Source of the DNA: Roseibacillus sp. | GTDB taxonomy: Bacteria; Verrucomicrobiota; Verrucomicrobiia; Verrucomicrobiales; Akkermansiaceae | Assembly (NCBI GenBank): GCA_051251855.1 | Contig: JBPOGI010000001.1 | Span: forward strand, 1,828,791-1,892,790 | Direction: 5' to 3' | Length of the DNA: 64,000 nucleotides | In this document: one piece after another, positions 10,107 to 19,436 of the stretch | Numbering within the stretch: the stretch's first letter is position 1 | How the letters are laid out: the number at the start of each line of letters is the position of its first letter | The notes under the pieces: model-generated | What the model was told of the DNA's origin: nothing | The model's database searches: none | The model's input: the letters and a program-made list of their open reading frames with translations, nothing else | Position numbers and translations under genes: made by a program

Positions 10107-10203
10107 GCTAAAGAAGCGATTAAACGGTTCATCATGGACTAGGTCCTCGGACTCTGGCTCCTCTCTCAAGCAGCGTTACGGAACGAGAATTAGCCTTATT
10201 GGA

Positions 10204-10401
10204 CTAGCTCCCTCCCGCGTTCGTGCCCTCCTCGCCTTTAAACACGGCGAGACTTCCATCATTCTCAAAAGCTCCATTTTCTAGCGATTCGAAGCCAGAA
10301 CTGTCCTTGGGTTCGATCTCCCTCTTCTTATAGGTAGAAATTGCCCAAATAAGTAACGAAAGAAAGCAGCCCCCGATCAGAGCCCCCCCAACTTTCATCA
10401 T
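10204..10401 (-). CDS. Small hypothetical membrane protein or gene remnant
   Basis: 65-aa ORF with an N-terminal hydrophobic helix, in an otherwise empty spacer. Confidence 0.35.
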   Translation of the reverse strand: MMKVGGALIGGCFLSLLIWAISTYKKREIEPKDSSGFESLENGAFENDGSLAVFKGEEGTNAGGS

Positions 10402-10554
10402 AGTGAGGATAGAGATGATTCACTTCCCATATCCGAACAAGGTCAAAGCCCATGGCAAAAAACACCTTTAACTCCGTGAGTTAGCTGACCCGAGACCCAT
10501 TTAAAGCCTTCCCATGGACTTGCCAGCCTTCAATTTCGATTTACTGTCTCTTAC

Positions 10555-12051
10555 ATGACGAAACGAATCGCGCTGATTGGCCTGCTGAGCCTTTCTCCTC
10601 TCTGGGCCCAATTGGCTCCTCCCGCTGATCCTGCGACCGCCGCCCCACCCAAGCCTGCTCAAGCTGCCACTCTCTTCGATTCCGTCTTTCGTATCGAGGT
10701 CGCCACCCAGAATCCCGATTACCGCACCCCTTGGAATGCCGGCGGATTCTCAGGCGGCAACGGAACGGGCTTTCTCATCGGCCCCAATCAAATCCTCACC
10801 AACGCCCACGTCGTTTCCAACGCTCGCCGCATCCTCGTGACCCAGCGCAATTCGGCCCGCAAGCTCCCCGCAAGCATCCAACACATCGCGCACGACTGCG
10901 ACCTCGCGCTCATTAGCCTCGACGACCCAGCACCGCTCGAAGGCCTCATCCATCTCCCCATTGGCGGCATGCCCGAGCTCGACTCCGAAGTCCGCGCCAT
11001 TGGCTACCCTGTTGGCGGCGACCGACTCTCGGTCACCCGAGGTATCGTCTCTCGTATTGATTTCCGGCCCTACTCTCACTCGCGTGCTGACTCCCACCTC
11101 ATTATTCAAGTCGATGCTGCTATCAATCCTGGTAACTCCGGCGGCCCAGCCATCCAAGGAGACAAAGTGATCGGCGTTGCCTTCCAAGGCCTCACCCAAG
11201 CCGACAACACCGGCTACATCATCCCCACTCCCGTCATCAATCGCTTCCTCACCGATATCAAGGACGGGAACTATGACAAATATATGGACATCGGCCTAGG
11301 CACCTTCCCTCTCTTTAACCCTGCCATGCGCAAAGCCCTCGGTCTCCCCGACGACGATAGTGGCGTTCTCGTTTCCAACATTATCCCCGAGGGTCCTTCT
11401 GACGGATTTATCCAAGAACAAGACATCCTTCTCGCCATTGACGGCAATCCAATCGACTCCGCAGGCAACATTATTGTCGATGGAGAAACCCTCATCCTTC
11501 ACGAGATCGTCGAGCGCAAGTTTGCTGACGACACTGTGACTCTCGATTTCCTCCGCGACGGAAGTAAGCAAACCGCCGAAATCATCCTCAAACCCCTCCC
11601 CGGCGCGCCTATCTTCACCATTCTCTACGGCGAGCGACCCGAGTATATCTTCTACGGAGGACTTGTGATTCAACCACTGACTCTCAACTCTATGTCCGCT
11701 CACCGTCTCAGTGACGTCACCACCCGCTACCTCACAACCAACTACCTCAATAAGGCCATTTTTAAGGAGCGCCCAGAGATTCTTATCCTCACCCGTGTGG
11801 AAAGCGACGAAGTGACCGCCAACATGGAAGGCTTCGCTGGAGCCATCATCAACACCATCAACGGCGAAAAGGTGAAGGACCTCAAGCATGCGTATCAATT
11901 GCTCTACGAAAGTGCACAACCCAACTTTACGGTGTTAGAATTTGAAGATCGCGGCCGACCTCTTGCCCTCCCGAGTGCGAAGGTCGAAGCTATCAATCAG
12001 CGTCTCATGCAGACCAACAACATCCCAACCACTCACTACCTCGGCGAGTAA
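10555..12051 (+). CDS. Deg/HtrA-family serine protease with PDZ domains (Deg2-like)
   Basis: Signal peptide and an intact catalytic triad (TNAHVV, DCDLA, AAINPGNSGGP), followed by two PDZ-like domains. Confidence 0.92.
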   Translation: MTKRIALIGLLSLSPLWAQLAPPADPATAAPPKPAQAATLFDSVFRIEVATQNPDYRTPWNAGGFSGGNGTGFLIGPNQILTNAHVVSNARRILVTQRNSARKLPASIQHIAHDCDLALISLDDPAPLEGLIHLPIGGMPELDSEVRAIGYPVGGDRLSVTRGIVSRIDFRPYSHSRADSHLIIQVDAAINPGNSGGPAIQGDKVIGVAFQGLTQADNTGYIIPTPVINRFLTDIKDGNYDKYMDIGLGTFPLFNPAMRKALGLPDDDSGVLVSNIIPEGPSDGFIQEQDILLAIDGNPIDSAGNIIVDGETLILHEIVERKFADDTVTLDFLRDGSKQTAEIILKPLPGAPIFTILYGERPEYIFYGGLVIQPLTLNSMSAHRLSDVTTRYLTTNYLNKAIFKERPEILILTRVESDEVTANMEGFAGAIINTINGEKVKDLKHAYQLLYESAQPNFTVLEFEDRGRPLALPSAKVEAINQRLMQTNNIPTTHYLGE

Positions 12052-12069
12052 TCCCAACCCTTTTTTCCG

Positions 12070-13632
12070 ATGAAATTTCTTTCTCAAACCATCTTCGTCT
12101 CAGCGGTTCTCACCAGCTCTCTCTTCGCAGACAGCCCAGAAGAACATGCCGAAGCCATTCTCGCGCCCAAGACCACAGTTACAACCGAGCTTGTGGGTGC
12201 AGCCAAAAGCGAAATCCTCGACAGTTTCGTGCGCGTCAACGCCACGATCCAAACCTTCAACGCGGGCCAACCTTGGCAGCGCAATAGCCCCCAACGTCGC
12301 AGCGGTCTCGGCACCTTGATTTCGCGCACCGAGATCCTCACCACCGCGGAAATGGTCGCCAATCAAACCTATCTCGAACTCGAGTCTGCTGACTCCTCAC
12401 AAAGCGTGCAGGCCCAAGTCATCGCCATCGACTACAAAGCTAACCTTGCCCTCCTTTCCCCAGTCGGCGACCCCGGCTTCCTTGCCCAAAAGACTCCTCT
12501 CGCACTGGGGTCGCCCGCCAGTATCGGTGACGATCTCCTCGTTTGGCAATTTGAGAACAATGGCACCACCCTCAGGACCGATGCCACCATTCGTGCAGTC
12601 GACACCTCTGCCACCTTCCTTTCCGGCTACTCCTTTCTCAGCTACATCGCTAAGGGCTCCATGCAATCGGCCTCCTCATCCTTCACCCTCCCCGCCACCC
12701 GCAATGGTAAACTCCTCGGTGTTCTCACCTCCTACGATTCTGACGATCAAATATCAGAAATCATCGCTCCGGAAATCGTAGCCACATTCCTCAAGGACGC
12801 TCGCGACGGAACCTACGAAGGCTTCCCCTCACTCGGTTGCGCCATCCAACGCACCGAGGATAAATCCTTCCGAGAATTCCTAGACCTCTCGCCAGACGGA
12901 GGTGGCCTCTACATCTCTAAAGTCAAAGAAGGCTCACCCGCCGATCAAGCAGGTATGAAAGAAGGTGACGTTCTCCTCGCAGTCGACGGAAGCGACCTCG
13001 ACCGCCGAGGTTTCTTCCAACATCCTCGCTATGGTCCTCTTCCTTGGACCGTCCTCATTCGTAGCGATAAAACGGTGGGAGACACCCTTCTTATAAGCAT
13101 CTTGCGCGATGGCGAACCTCAAGAACTAACCGCTACCCTTGCCGCACCCGAGCCTCCCCTCGTCCCGCGTCACATCAACGACTCTCCTCCCCCGTTTCTC
13201 ATCAAAGGCGGCATGGTCTTTCAAGAGCTCTCACGTGAATACCTACAAGCCTATGGCGACAAGTGGACCACCCGCGCCCCTCTCGCCCTCATGTATGCCA
13301 TGGAGAATTCCGATAAATATGAGGAGGACCGCGACAGCATCGTCTTCCTCGCCCGCGTGCTTCCCAACCCAGCCACGATTGGCTACGACCGCTTGTCAGC
13401 AATCATCGTAAATGGTGCCAACGGAACCCCGGTAAGAAATATCAGCGAGCTCGCAACCGCCCTTTCCAAGACTCCCGAAAACGGCATCCACACCATCGAG
13501 CTCGACGACGCCCCCAGCACCCTCTACCTCGATGCCACCGTCTCCGACGAAGTCGATCAGCAATTCCTCCAGCAAGGCTTGCCCATGCTTTCCCGCCTGC
13601 CTGAAGCCGAGACCAAAACTGACAATGAGTAA
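12070..13632 (+). CDS. Deg/HtrA-like PDZ protein, predicted catalytically inactive
   Basis: Same architecture as the upstream gene, but TNAH is TTAE, DCDLA is KANLA, and GNSGGP is SSSFTLP. Confidence 0.8.
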   Translation: MKFLSQTIFVSAVLTSSLFADSPEEHAEAILAPKTTVTTELVGAAKSEILDSFVRVNATIQTFNAGQPWQRNSPQRRSGLGTLISRTEILTTAEMVANQTYLELESADSSQSVQAQVIAIDYKANLALLSPVGDPGFLAQKTPLALGSPASIGDDLLVWQFENNGTTLRTDATIRAVDTSATFLSGYSFLSYIAKGSMQSASSSFTLPATRNGKLLGVLTSYDSDDQISEIIAPEIVATFLKDARDGTYEGFPSLGCAIQRTEDKSFREFLDLSPDGGGLYISKVKEGSPADQAGMKEGDVLLAVDGSDLDRRGFFQHPRYGPLPWTVLIRSDKTVGDTLLISILRDGEPQELTATLAAPEPPLVPRHINDSPPPFLIKGGMVFQELSREYLQAYGDKWTTRAPLALMYAMENSDKYEEDRDSIVFLARVLPNPATIGYDRLSAIIVNGANGTPVRNISELATALSKTPENGIHTIELDDAPSTLYLDATVSDEVDQQFLQQGLPMLSRLPEAETKTDNE

Positions 13633-14086
13633 CTTCGAAGAAAAAGCCAAAGAAGCCCTCTCCAACCCTCAAAACGTCGGCGAGATGAGCGATGCCGATA
13701 GCGTGGGCACCGTGGGCTCCCCCGATTGCGGCGATATGGTTCGTATGTGGCTCAAGTTTACCGAGAAGGATGGCAAAAAAGTCATCGACCGGGCCTCATT
13801 CCAAGCATTCGGTTGCCAAACCGCCATCGCTGTTGCCTCCATGGCCACCCAACTGCTCAAGGGAAAATCTCCCGAAGAAGCCGCCGCCCTTAAGCCCGAG
13901 GACCTCACTGGCGACCTTGGGCCCCTTCCTCCCATGAAAATTCACTGCGGTCAACTCGTCGAAAACGCCCTCAAAAACGCCCTCGAAGGAACCACCACAG
14001 AGAGCGCCGCCGGAGAAACCATCGCCTCTAACATTTCCCAGAACAAGCCCAAAGGCACCATCCGAATCGTGCCCGTAGAGGACTAG
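13625..14086 (+). CDS. IscU/NifU-N-like Fe-S cluster scaffold protein
   Basis: Motifs NPQNVG, GSPDCGD, FQAFGCQTAIA and KIHC, with three conserved Cys. The ATG at 13625 overlaps the upstream gene. Confidence 0.88.
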   Translation: MSNFEEKAKEALSNPQNVGEMSDADSVGTVGSPDCGDMVRMWLKFTEKDGKKVIDRASFQAFGCQTAIAVASMATQLLKGKSPEEAAALKPEDLTGDLGPLPPMKIHCGQLVENALKNALEGTTTESAAGETIASNISQNKPKGTIRIVPVED

Positions 14087-14122
14087 CTTTGCCTCTCAGG
14101 AGTCAGCAATCATAGTAAGACC

Positions 14123-14148
14123 GTAGGGAGCGACGGCCCTGTCGCGCC
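14123..14148 (+). repeat. REP-like palindrome (GTAG foot plus hairpin)
   Basis: GTAG-GGA-GCGAC-GGCCCT-GTCGC-GCC between convergent genes. Confidence 0.5.
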
Positions 14149-14221
14149 ACGATCATTGATTGAGAGTTCAAGGCCTCGGATGGATTCCCGCTCCCATATT
14201 TTCAAGTAAAACCAAATGGTC

Positions 14222-14575
14222 CTAGCGAGAAAACTCCCCAATCTTCACGCTGCCTTCTCCCTCATATCCCTCCGGCTTAAAGACGGTGAGCACATGCTTC
14301 CGCGTTTCCATTCTGGATTCATCTTCGTTCAAAAAAATCACAGCTGGCTCAAACTCCTTAGTCGCCACAAACTTCCGTTCTGAGACATTTTTGATGCGAT
14401 AGCCTTCTTTCCGCAAGATTTCTTCCGAACCTACCATCGATTTAGGAAGGTTGAGATATCCCTCCATCTTAATCTCCTGTTTCGGTGTGGGTGACGCGGC
14501 CATCTTTCCTTGGTTGGCGCAGGATGCCAAAACGAAAACTCCGAACGCCACAGAAGAGACCAACATCTTTTTCAT
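14222..14575 (-). CDS. Hypothetical lipoprotein
   Basis: MKKMLVSSVAFGVFVLAS-C lipobox. Confidence 0.65.
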   Translation of the reverse strand: MKKMLVSSVAFGVFVLASCANQGKMAASPTPKQEIKMEGYLNLPKSMVGSEEILRKEGYRIKNVSERKFVATKEFEPAVIFLNEDESRMETRKHVLTVFKPEGYEGEGSVKIGEFSR

Positions 14576-14673
14576 AGATTTCCCGTATACCAAATCGACA
14601 CACTTTTCTATTCGAAAAAGAATCGCAACTCTTGAGCCTTGTCTCTTGAAGCCTGTTGTCCTACCTCCCCCTC

Positions 14674-15969
14674 ATGTCCGTTCGCACTCGCTTTGCCCCC
14701 TCGCCCACCGGCTATCTTCATGTCGGTGGCGCTCGCACCGCTCTCTTTAACTGGCTTTTCGCGCGCAAGCACGGCGGTTCCTTCGTCCTTCGCGTCGAGG
14801 ATACCGACGAGGCACGCAACACCGACGAAGCGCGCAAGGCCATCTTCGACGGCATGAGCTGGCTCGGTCTCGACTGGGACGAAGGCGAAGGCCAAGGCGG
14901 CGACTACGGCCCTTACAACCAATCTGAGCGCACCGCCATCTACCAAAAACACTTCGACACTCTTCTCGAAGCCGGCCGTGTCTACGAAGATGACGGCGCT
15001 TGGCGCTTCCGCTTCGAGCGCAAACCCGTCATCATGAACGACCTCGTTGCTGGCGAAGTCACCATCGACTACACTGACGAATCCAACACCCCCGACATGG
15101 TCATCCGCCGTTCCGACGGATCTTTCGTCTTCCACTTCGTCAACGTCGTGGACGACCTTGAAATGAAGATCAGCCACGTCATTCGCGGCGAGGACCACCT
15201 CATGAATACCCCCAAGCACCTCCAGCTTTTTGAAGCCCTCGGAGTCGCTCCTCCCCAATACGCGCACCTTCCCCTCATCCTCAACTCCGACGGGTCCAAG
15301 ATGTCCAAGCGCGACGAAGGCGCCGCCGTCGCCGACTACGCCATCAAAGGTTTCCTCTCCCCTGCTACCGTCAACTTCCTAGCCCTCCTCGGTTGGTCAC
15401 CCAAGGACGACTCCGAAGTCTTTTCCCTCGCTGAACTCATTGAAAAATTCTCCCTCGAGTCCGTCAACCGCGCGCCTGCAAAATACGACGCCCAGAAGTG
15501 CACTTGGCTCAACCAGCAGCACCTCCTCGCGCTCACCCCCCAAGATTTTGCCGCCGCTGCCACCCCCTACTGCCAACCTCTCCCCGACAACTTCGAAGCC
15601 ATTGCCACCTCCATACAAGAGAAAGTCTCCCTCCTCACGGAAGTCCCCGAAGCCATCGCCTTCTACTCGGATCCGAACTACCCCATCGACCCTGAGCAAC
15701 TCTCCAAAGTCGCCAAGAACGACCAAGCGGCACCACTTCTAACATCCCTTGCCGAGACCTTCCAAAGTTTATCTGACTGGACCCTAGCCAAAGACACCAT
15801 CACCGAAACAGCCAAGGCCAATGGAGCAAAACCCGGTCAACTCATGTTTCCCCTTCGCATTGCTCTTTCTGGCAAAGGGGGCGGACCCGACCTCGGCGCC
15901 ATCCTCGCTATTCTCGGTAAAGAAGAGTCTGTCCGCAGGATTTTGCGCACAGTCAGCCTTTTAAATTGA
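14674..15969 (+). CDS. gltX: Glutamate--tRNA ligase
   Basis: RFAPSPTGYLHVGG (HIGH), RVEDTD, HVIRGEDH and KMSKR motifs, plus an anticodon-binding C-terminus. Confidence 0.95.
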   Translation: MSVRTRFAPSPTGYLHVGGARTALFNWLFARKHGGSFVLRVEDTDEARNTDEARKAIFDGMSWLGLDWDEGEGQGGDYGPYNQSERTAIYQKHFDTLLEAGRVYEDDGAWRFRFERKPVIMNDLVAGEVTIDYTDESNTPDMVIRRSDGSFVFHFVNVVDDLEMKISHVIRGEDHLMNTPKHLQLFEALGVAPPQYAHLPLILNSDGSKMSKRDEGAAVADYAIKGFLSPATVNFLALLGWSPKDDSEVFSLAELIEKFSLESVNRAPAKYDAQKCTWLNQQHLLALTPQDFAAAATPYCQPLPDNFEAIATSIQEKVSLLTEVPEAIAFYSDPNYPIDPEQLSKVAKNDQAAPLLTSLAETFQSLSDWTLAKDTITETAKANGAKPGQLMFPLRIALSGKGGGPDLGAILAILGKEESVRRILRTVSLLN

Positions 15970-16035
15970 GCTTGTCAGATTTCTGGCTCATCCCCTGCTC
16001 ATCTCCGACGAGAAACCTCAAATCTCCACTCCGAA

Positions 16036-16401
16036 ATGAGCAAGAATAAAGAATTAAAGAAGCTCGAAGAACAGGTCGTAACCCTTCGCAACCAGAAGTT
16101 CATCCTTGATGCCAATTTGGCCAAAATGCTGGGAACCACCACCTCCAGCCTTCTACAAATGGTCGCGAAGAATAGCGCACGCTTTCCAAAAACCTTCATA
16201 AGTCCGGCCAAGAAAGAAGAAGTCGACCTTCTCATCGAGAAAAAACACCTCACCAAAAAGCAAGCTACTAGCCGCACCAAGCCGCCCCTCCTCTTCACTG
16301 AGCCGGGAGCCTATATGACTTCCCTTCTTCTCAAGACTGAGACCGCCGACAAACTTTCCGTCGCCGTCCTCAGCACCTTCCTCGAAAAGGAAAACGCATA
16401 A
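16036..16401 (+). CDS. ORF6N-domain (putative DNA-binding) protein
   Basis: LRNQKFILDANLAKMLG...KNSARFP...PLLFTEPGAYM..LLK matches the ORF6N pattern. Confidence 0.7.
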   Translation: MSKNKELKKLEEQVVTLRNQKFILDANLAKMLGTTTSSLLQMVAKNSARFPKTFISPAKKEEVDLLIEKKHLTKKQATSRTKPPLLFTEPGAYMTSLLLKTETADKLSVAVLSTFLEKENA

Positions 16402-16489
16402 TCGGCCCCAAAAGTCGGCCCAAAAAAACTGCCGAGATCTTTACGCGATTTCGCGTGAATTCGGAAGCGTTCTCGGTTGGAATCTCCCC

Positions 16490-17719
16490 ATGCGCGAACT
16501 CAAGGATGGCATCCGGTCCAAGGTGAAACTCGACTTTCAAGGTCGCGTTCACAAATGGTTCCGAGGCACTGACGCCGACAAGCGCTACGCCAATGAAGTC
16601 GCAGTCCTCAAGACCCTGGAAGAACGCGGCTGCCCCTATGTGCCCCAACTACTCGAAGAACACCCCGAGGAAGTCTACTTCGTCTCCACCAACTGCGGAG
16701 CACCCGCTGATGGCATCTCAAAAGCCAAATCAGACGGCCTTTTCGCCGAGCTCGAGCACGACTACGGCGTCCGTCATGACGACCCTGAGCCACGCAACGT
16801 CACCTACAATGCCAAGCAAGGACGCTTTAATCTCATCGACTTCGAACTCGCCACCATTCTGCCGCAAGACAACACCACGCCCTCAACAGGCGACAGCGAT
16901 ATCATCCGCGTCACTTGGGCCGCAGCCTCCCGCCAAGGCAAGACACACAAAGCCAATGACGATTTCTGGCTCGCTCTTCGCATCAACGAAGAGGGCTCTC
17001 TCAATGCCGCCGCCGCTGGCGAAACACTCCTGGACCCCGAACATCTGGTCCTCGCAGTGTCTGACGGAATGGGCGGCAATGCTGCCGGCGAACTCGCCTC
17101 TCGCCTGATCATGGCTTGGATTCGCAAGCACGCGGCCCAACTTTACGCAACCGCACAAGACGATATCGAAATGGCGAAGCGCCTGCGCACCCTCGTCGAA
17201 GAAGCTCATCAGGGACTCAACGAAGTCGCGGCCAAAGACCTCGCCGCCCTCAAGGGCATGGGAGCCACCCTCTCCCTCGTCTACATTGCCCCCGGCAAAG
17301 CGCACTTCGCTCATATCGGAGACTCCCGCATCTATTTGGCCGAACCTACGACCGGCGAAGCCCCTCGCGCTCTCACCACCGATCACAACTATGCCTGGCG
17401 CGATTGGAAAGCTGGAAAAATTACTGAAGTCGCCTATCGCATGCACCCCCGCCGCTCCGTTCTCTATGATGTCATGGGTGGAAACCACGCTAACATTTCA
17501 CCTCAAATCGGGACCGTCCCCCTCACCCTTCCTGCGCGCTTTCTCCTCTGCACCGACGGAGTCAGCGACGGCTTCTGGGAAAAACACTTTCATGGGGCCA
17601 TGCTTTCCCAAGCCAAGACGAAAGAACTTTGCCACGAAGTCCTCGAAAAATCATATCAAGCCTGTGGAAAAGACGACACTTCACTCATCATCGCTGATGT
17701 GGCCTCGCTTCAGAAGTGA
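16490..17719 (+). CDS. Minimal protein-kinase-like domain fused to a PP2C-family phosphatase
   Basis: N-terminal VHK, NEV, HDDPEPRN and LIDFE. C-terminal NDD, VSDGMGG..AGELAS, MGATL, HIGDSRIY, LCTDGVSD and KDDTS. Confidence 0.85.
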   Translation: MRELKDGIRSKVKLDFQGRVHKWFRGTDADKRYANEVAVLKTLEERGCPYVPQLLEEHPEEVYFVSTNCGAPADGISKAKSDGLFAELEHDYGVRHDDPEPRNVTYNAKQGRFNLIDFELATILPQDNTTPSTGDSDIIRVTWAAASRQGKTHKANDDFWLALRINEEGSLNAAAAGETLLDPEHLVLAVSDGMGGNAAGELASRLIMAWIRKHAAQLYATAQDDIEMAKRLRTLVEEAHQGLNEVAAKDLAALKGMGATLSLVYIAPGKAHFAHIGDSRIYLAEPTTGEAPRALTTDHNYAWRDWKAGKITEVAYRMHPRRSVLYDVMGGNHANISPQIGTVPLTLPARFLLCTDGVSDGFWEKHFHGAMLSQAKTKELCHEVLEKSYQACGKDDTSLIIADVASLQK

Positions 17720-18262
17720 TGTGTATGCTGGAGTCCTGTCGGCCCCGCCAGAACCTATCGGTTCCAAGCGAACACTATCAACCCGCCCTCCTTTTTCTTG
17801 ACCTGAGACCTCCACGTCTTCCCGAGGATTAGCGCGCTCATGATGCCGCACCGTCTCCTGAGACTCCTCGACATAGAAGGAGGCGGAAATAAAGATACAA
17901 GCCATTCCAACAGAGACAAAAGGGACAGCAATAGCAGCACTCATTTTTCTTAGATTTCGACGTTCCGACTGAGAGAAAACTAGTTAAAGAGCAAACGAAA
18001 ACTCCCAACTAAAAGTTCCCGTTATTTATATAAGTATTAATATATGATTGCAAGGGTTTATTTTCTTATAGCTCGAAATTTACGAGAATTTGGATGGAAG
18101 TGCCTCCTTTTCCAAAAGGCCATATAGGAAAAACACCATTATCGCATGAAAGTCTCCATCCCACCCCGCCTCTGAGCACCCCTCGAGATAAAATCATGCC
18201 GCCTCAACTGAATAGCGTTGACCTCCTTGAGCCCACCCGTTTCTCTCTTCTCCCGACACGAA

Positions 18263-18279
18263 TGGCACAATACCTGCTT
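18263..18279 (+). promoter_or_regulatory. Sigma-54 (-24/-12) promoter of glutamine synthetase
   Basis: TGGCACAATACCTGCTT has exact GG-N10-GC spacing, about 60 nt upstream of the ATG at 18337. Confidence 0.65.
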
Positions 18280-18336
18280 TTTCGTGAGAAGATTCCCAAG
18301 CAACACGAGGGACTCTCTTAAGAACCACATAAGAAA

Positions 18337-19344
18337 ATGGCAAAATACAAACTCGAATACGTTTGGCTCGACGGATCTACCCCCGTTCAAGGCCTTCGCA
18401 GTAAGTTCCAGATGAAGGAGTATGCCTCCGAACCGACCCTCGAAGAGATCCCAGAATGGGGTTTTGACGGTTCCTCAACCGGTCAAGCAGATGGCGGCGA
18501 CTCTGATTGCATCCTCAAGCCTGTTGCTCTTTACCTCGATGCAACTCGTGAAGACAGCTACCTCGTCATGTGCGAAGTAATGCTTCCCGATGGCTCTCCG
18601 CACCCCACCAACACACGTGCGGGCATCATCGATGACCCAGGTGCTTGGTTTGGTTTCGAGCAAGAATACTTCCTCGTTAAGGACGGACGCCCCCTCGGTT
18701 TCCCCGAAGGCGGATACCCCGAGCCACAAGGACCTTACTACTGTGGCGTCGGCTTCAAATCAGTCGGAGCCATTGGCCGCTTGATTGTCGAAGAGCACCT
18801 CGACCTCTGTCTTGCAGCTGGCATCAACCACGAAGGCGTCAATGCCGAGGTGGCTTCTGGTCAGTGGGAATTCCAAATCTTTGGGAAAGGATCCAAAAGG
18901 GCAGCCGATCAAATCTGGATGGCTCGCTATCTCCTCCTTCGTCTCTGCGAAGCCTACGAAGTGGAAGTCGACTTCCATTGTAAGCCCATCAAAGGCGACT
19001 GGAACGGATCTGGTATGCACGCCAACTTTTCGACCGATAAACTTCGTGACGAAGGCGGCAAGGAGTATTTCGAAAAGCTCATGGCTGGATTCGAAAAGAA
19101 CATCGAAGAGCACATCGCCGTCTACGGACCCGACAACGACATGCGCCTCACTGGTCTCCACGAAACCCAGTCCATCGACAAGTTCTCTTGGGGGATTGCT
19201 GACCGTGGTGCCTCTATCCGCGTTCCTCACAGTTTTCCAAAGAACGATTGGAAAGGTTACCTCGAGGACCGTCGCCCCAACTCCGAGGGTGACCCATACG
19301 CCATCGCTGCGCGTATTCTCCAAACCATCGCCGAAGTGGGCTAG
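18337..19344 (+). CDS. glnII: Glutamine synthetase type II
   Basis: 335 aa with EYVWLDG, WGFDGSST, FGFEQEY, PQGPYYCGVG, GQWEFQ, DWNGSGMH, RLTGLHET and LEDRRP. Confidence 0.95.
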   Translation: MAKYKLEYVWLDGSTPVQGLRSKFQMKEYASEPTLEEIPEWGFDGSSTGQADGGDSDCILKPVALYLDATREDSYLVMCEVMLPDGSPHPTNTRAGIIDDPGAWFGFEQEYFLVKDGRPLGFPEGGYPEPQGPYYCGVGFKSVGAIGRLIVEEHLDLCLAAGINHEGVNAEVASGQWEFQIFGKGSKRAADQIWMARYLLLRLCEAYEVEVDFHCKPIKGDWNGSGMHANFSTDKLRDEGGKEYFEKLMAGFEKNIEEHIAVYGPDNDMRLTGLHETQSIDKFSWGIADRGASIRVPHSFPKNDWKGYLEDRRPNSEGDPYAIAARILQTIAEVG

Positions 19345-19368
19345 TCTTTCGACTTTCAACTGATTTCA

Positions 19369-19406
19369 AGAGAACCCTGGGTCTTCGGACTCAGGGTTCT
19401 TTTTTT
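19369..19406 (+). terminator. Rho-independent terminator
   Basis: AGAACCCTGGGTC-TTCG-GACTCAGGGTTCT followed by a T-run. Confidence 0.88.
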
Positions 19407-19436
19407 GGCCCGAAGCGACAACCACTGCAGCTCAAG

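Noticed and set aside
10520..10555. Leaderless sigma-70 promoter (TTGCCA-16-TACTGT, 7 nt before the ATG)
   Set aside because: Plausible, but the match is too weak to call without TSS data.
15999..16480. Prophage remnant around the ORF6N gene
   Set aside because: There are no integrase, att repeats or structural genes.
17681..17944. 87-aa - strand ORF with a hydrophobic N-terminus
   Set aside because: It overlaps the end of the phosphatase gene and has no motifs. It may be real, but I cannot support it.
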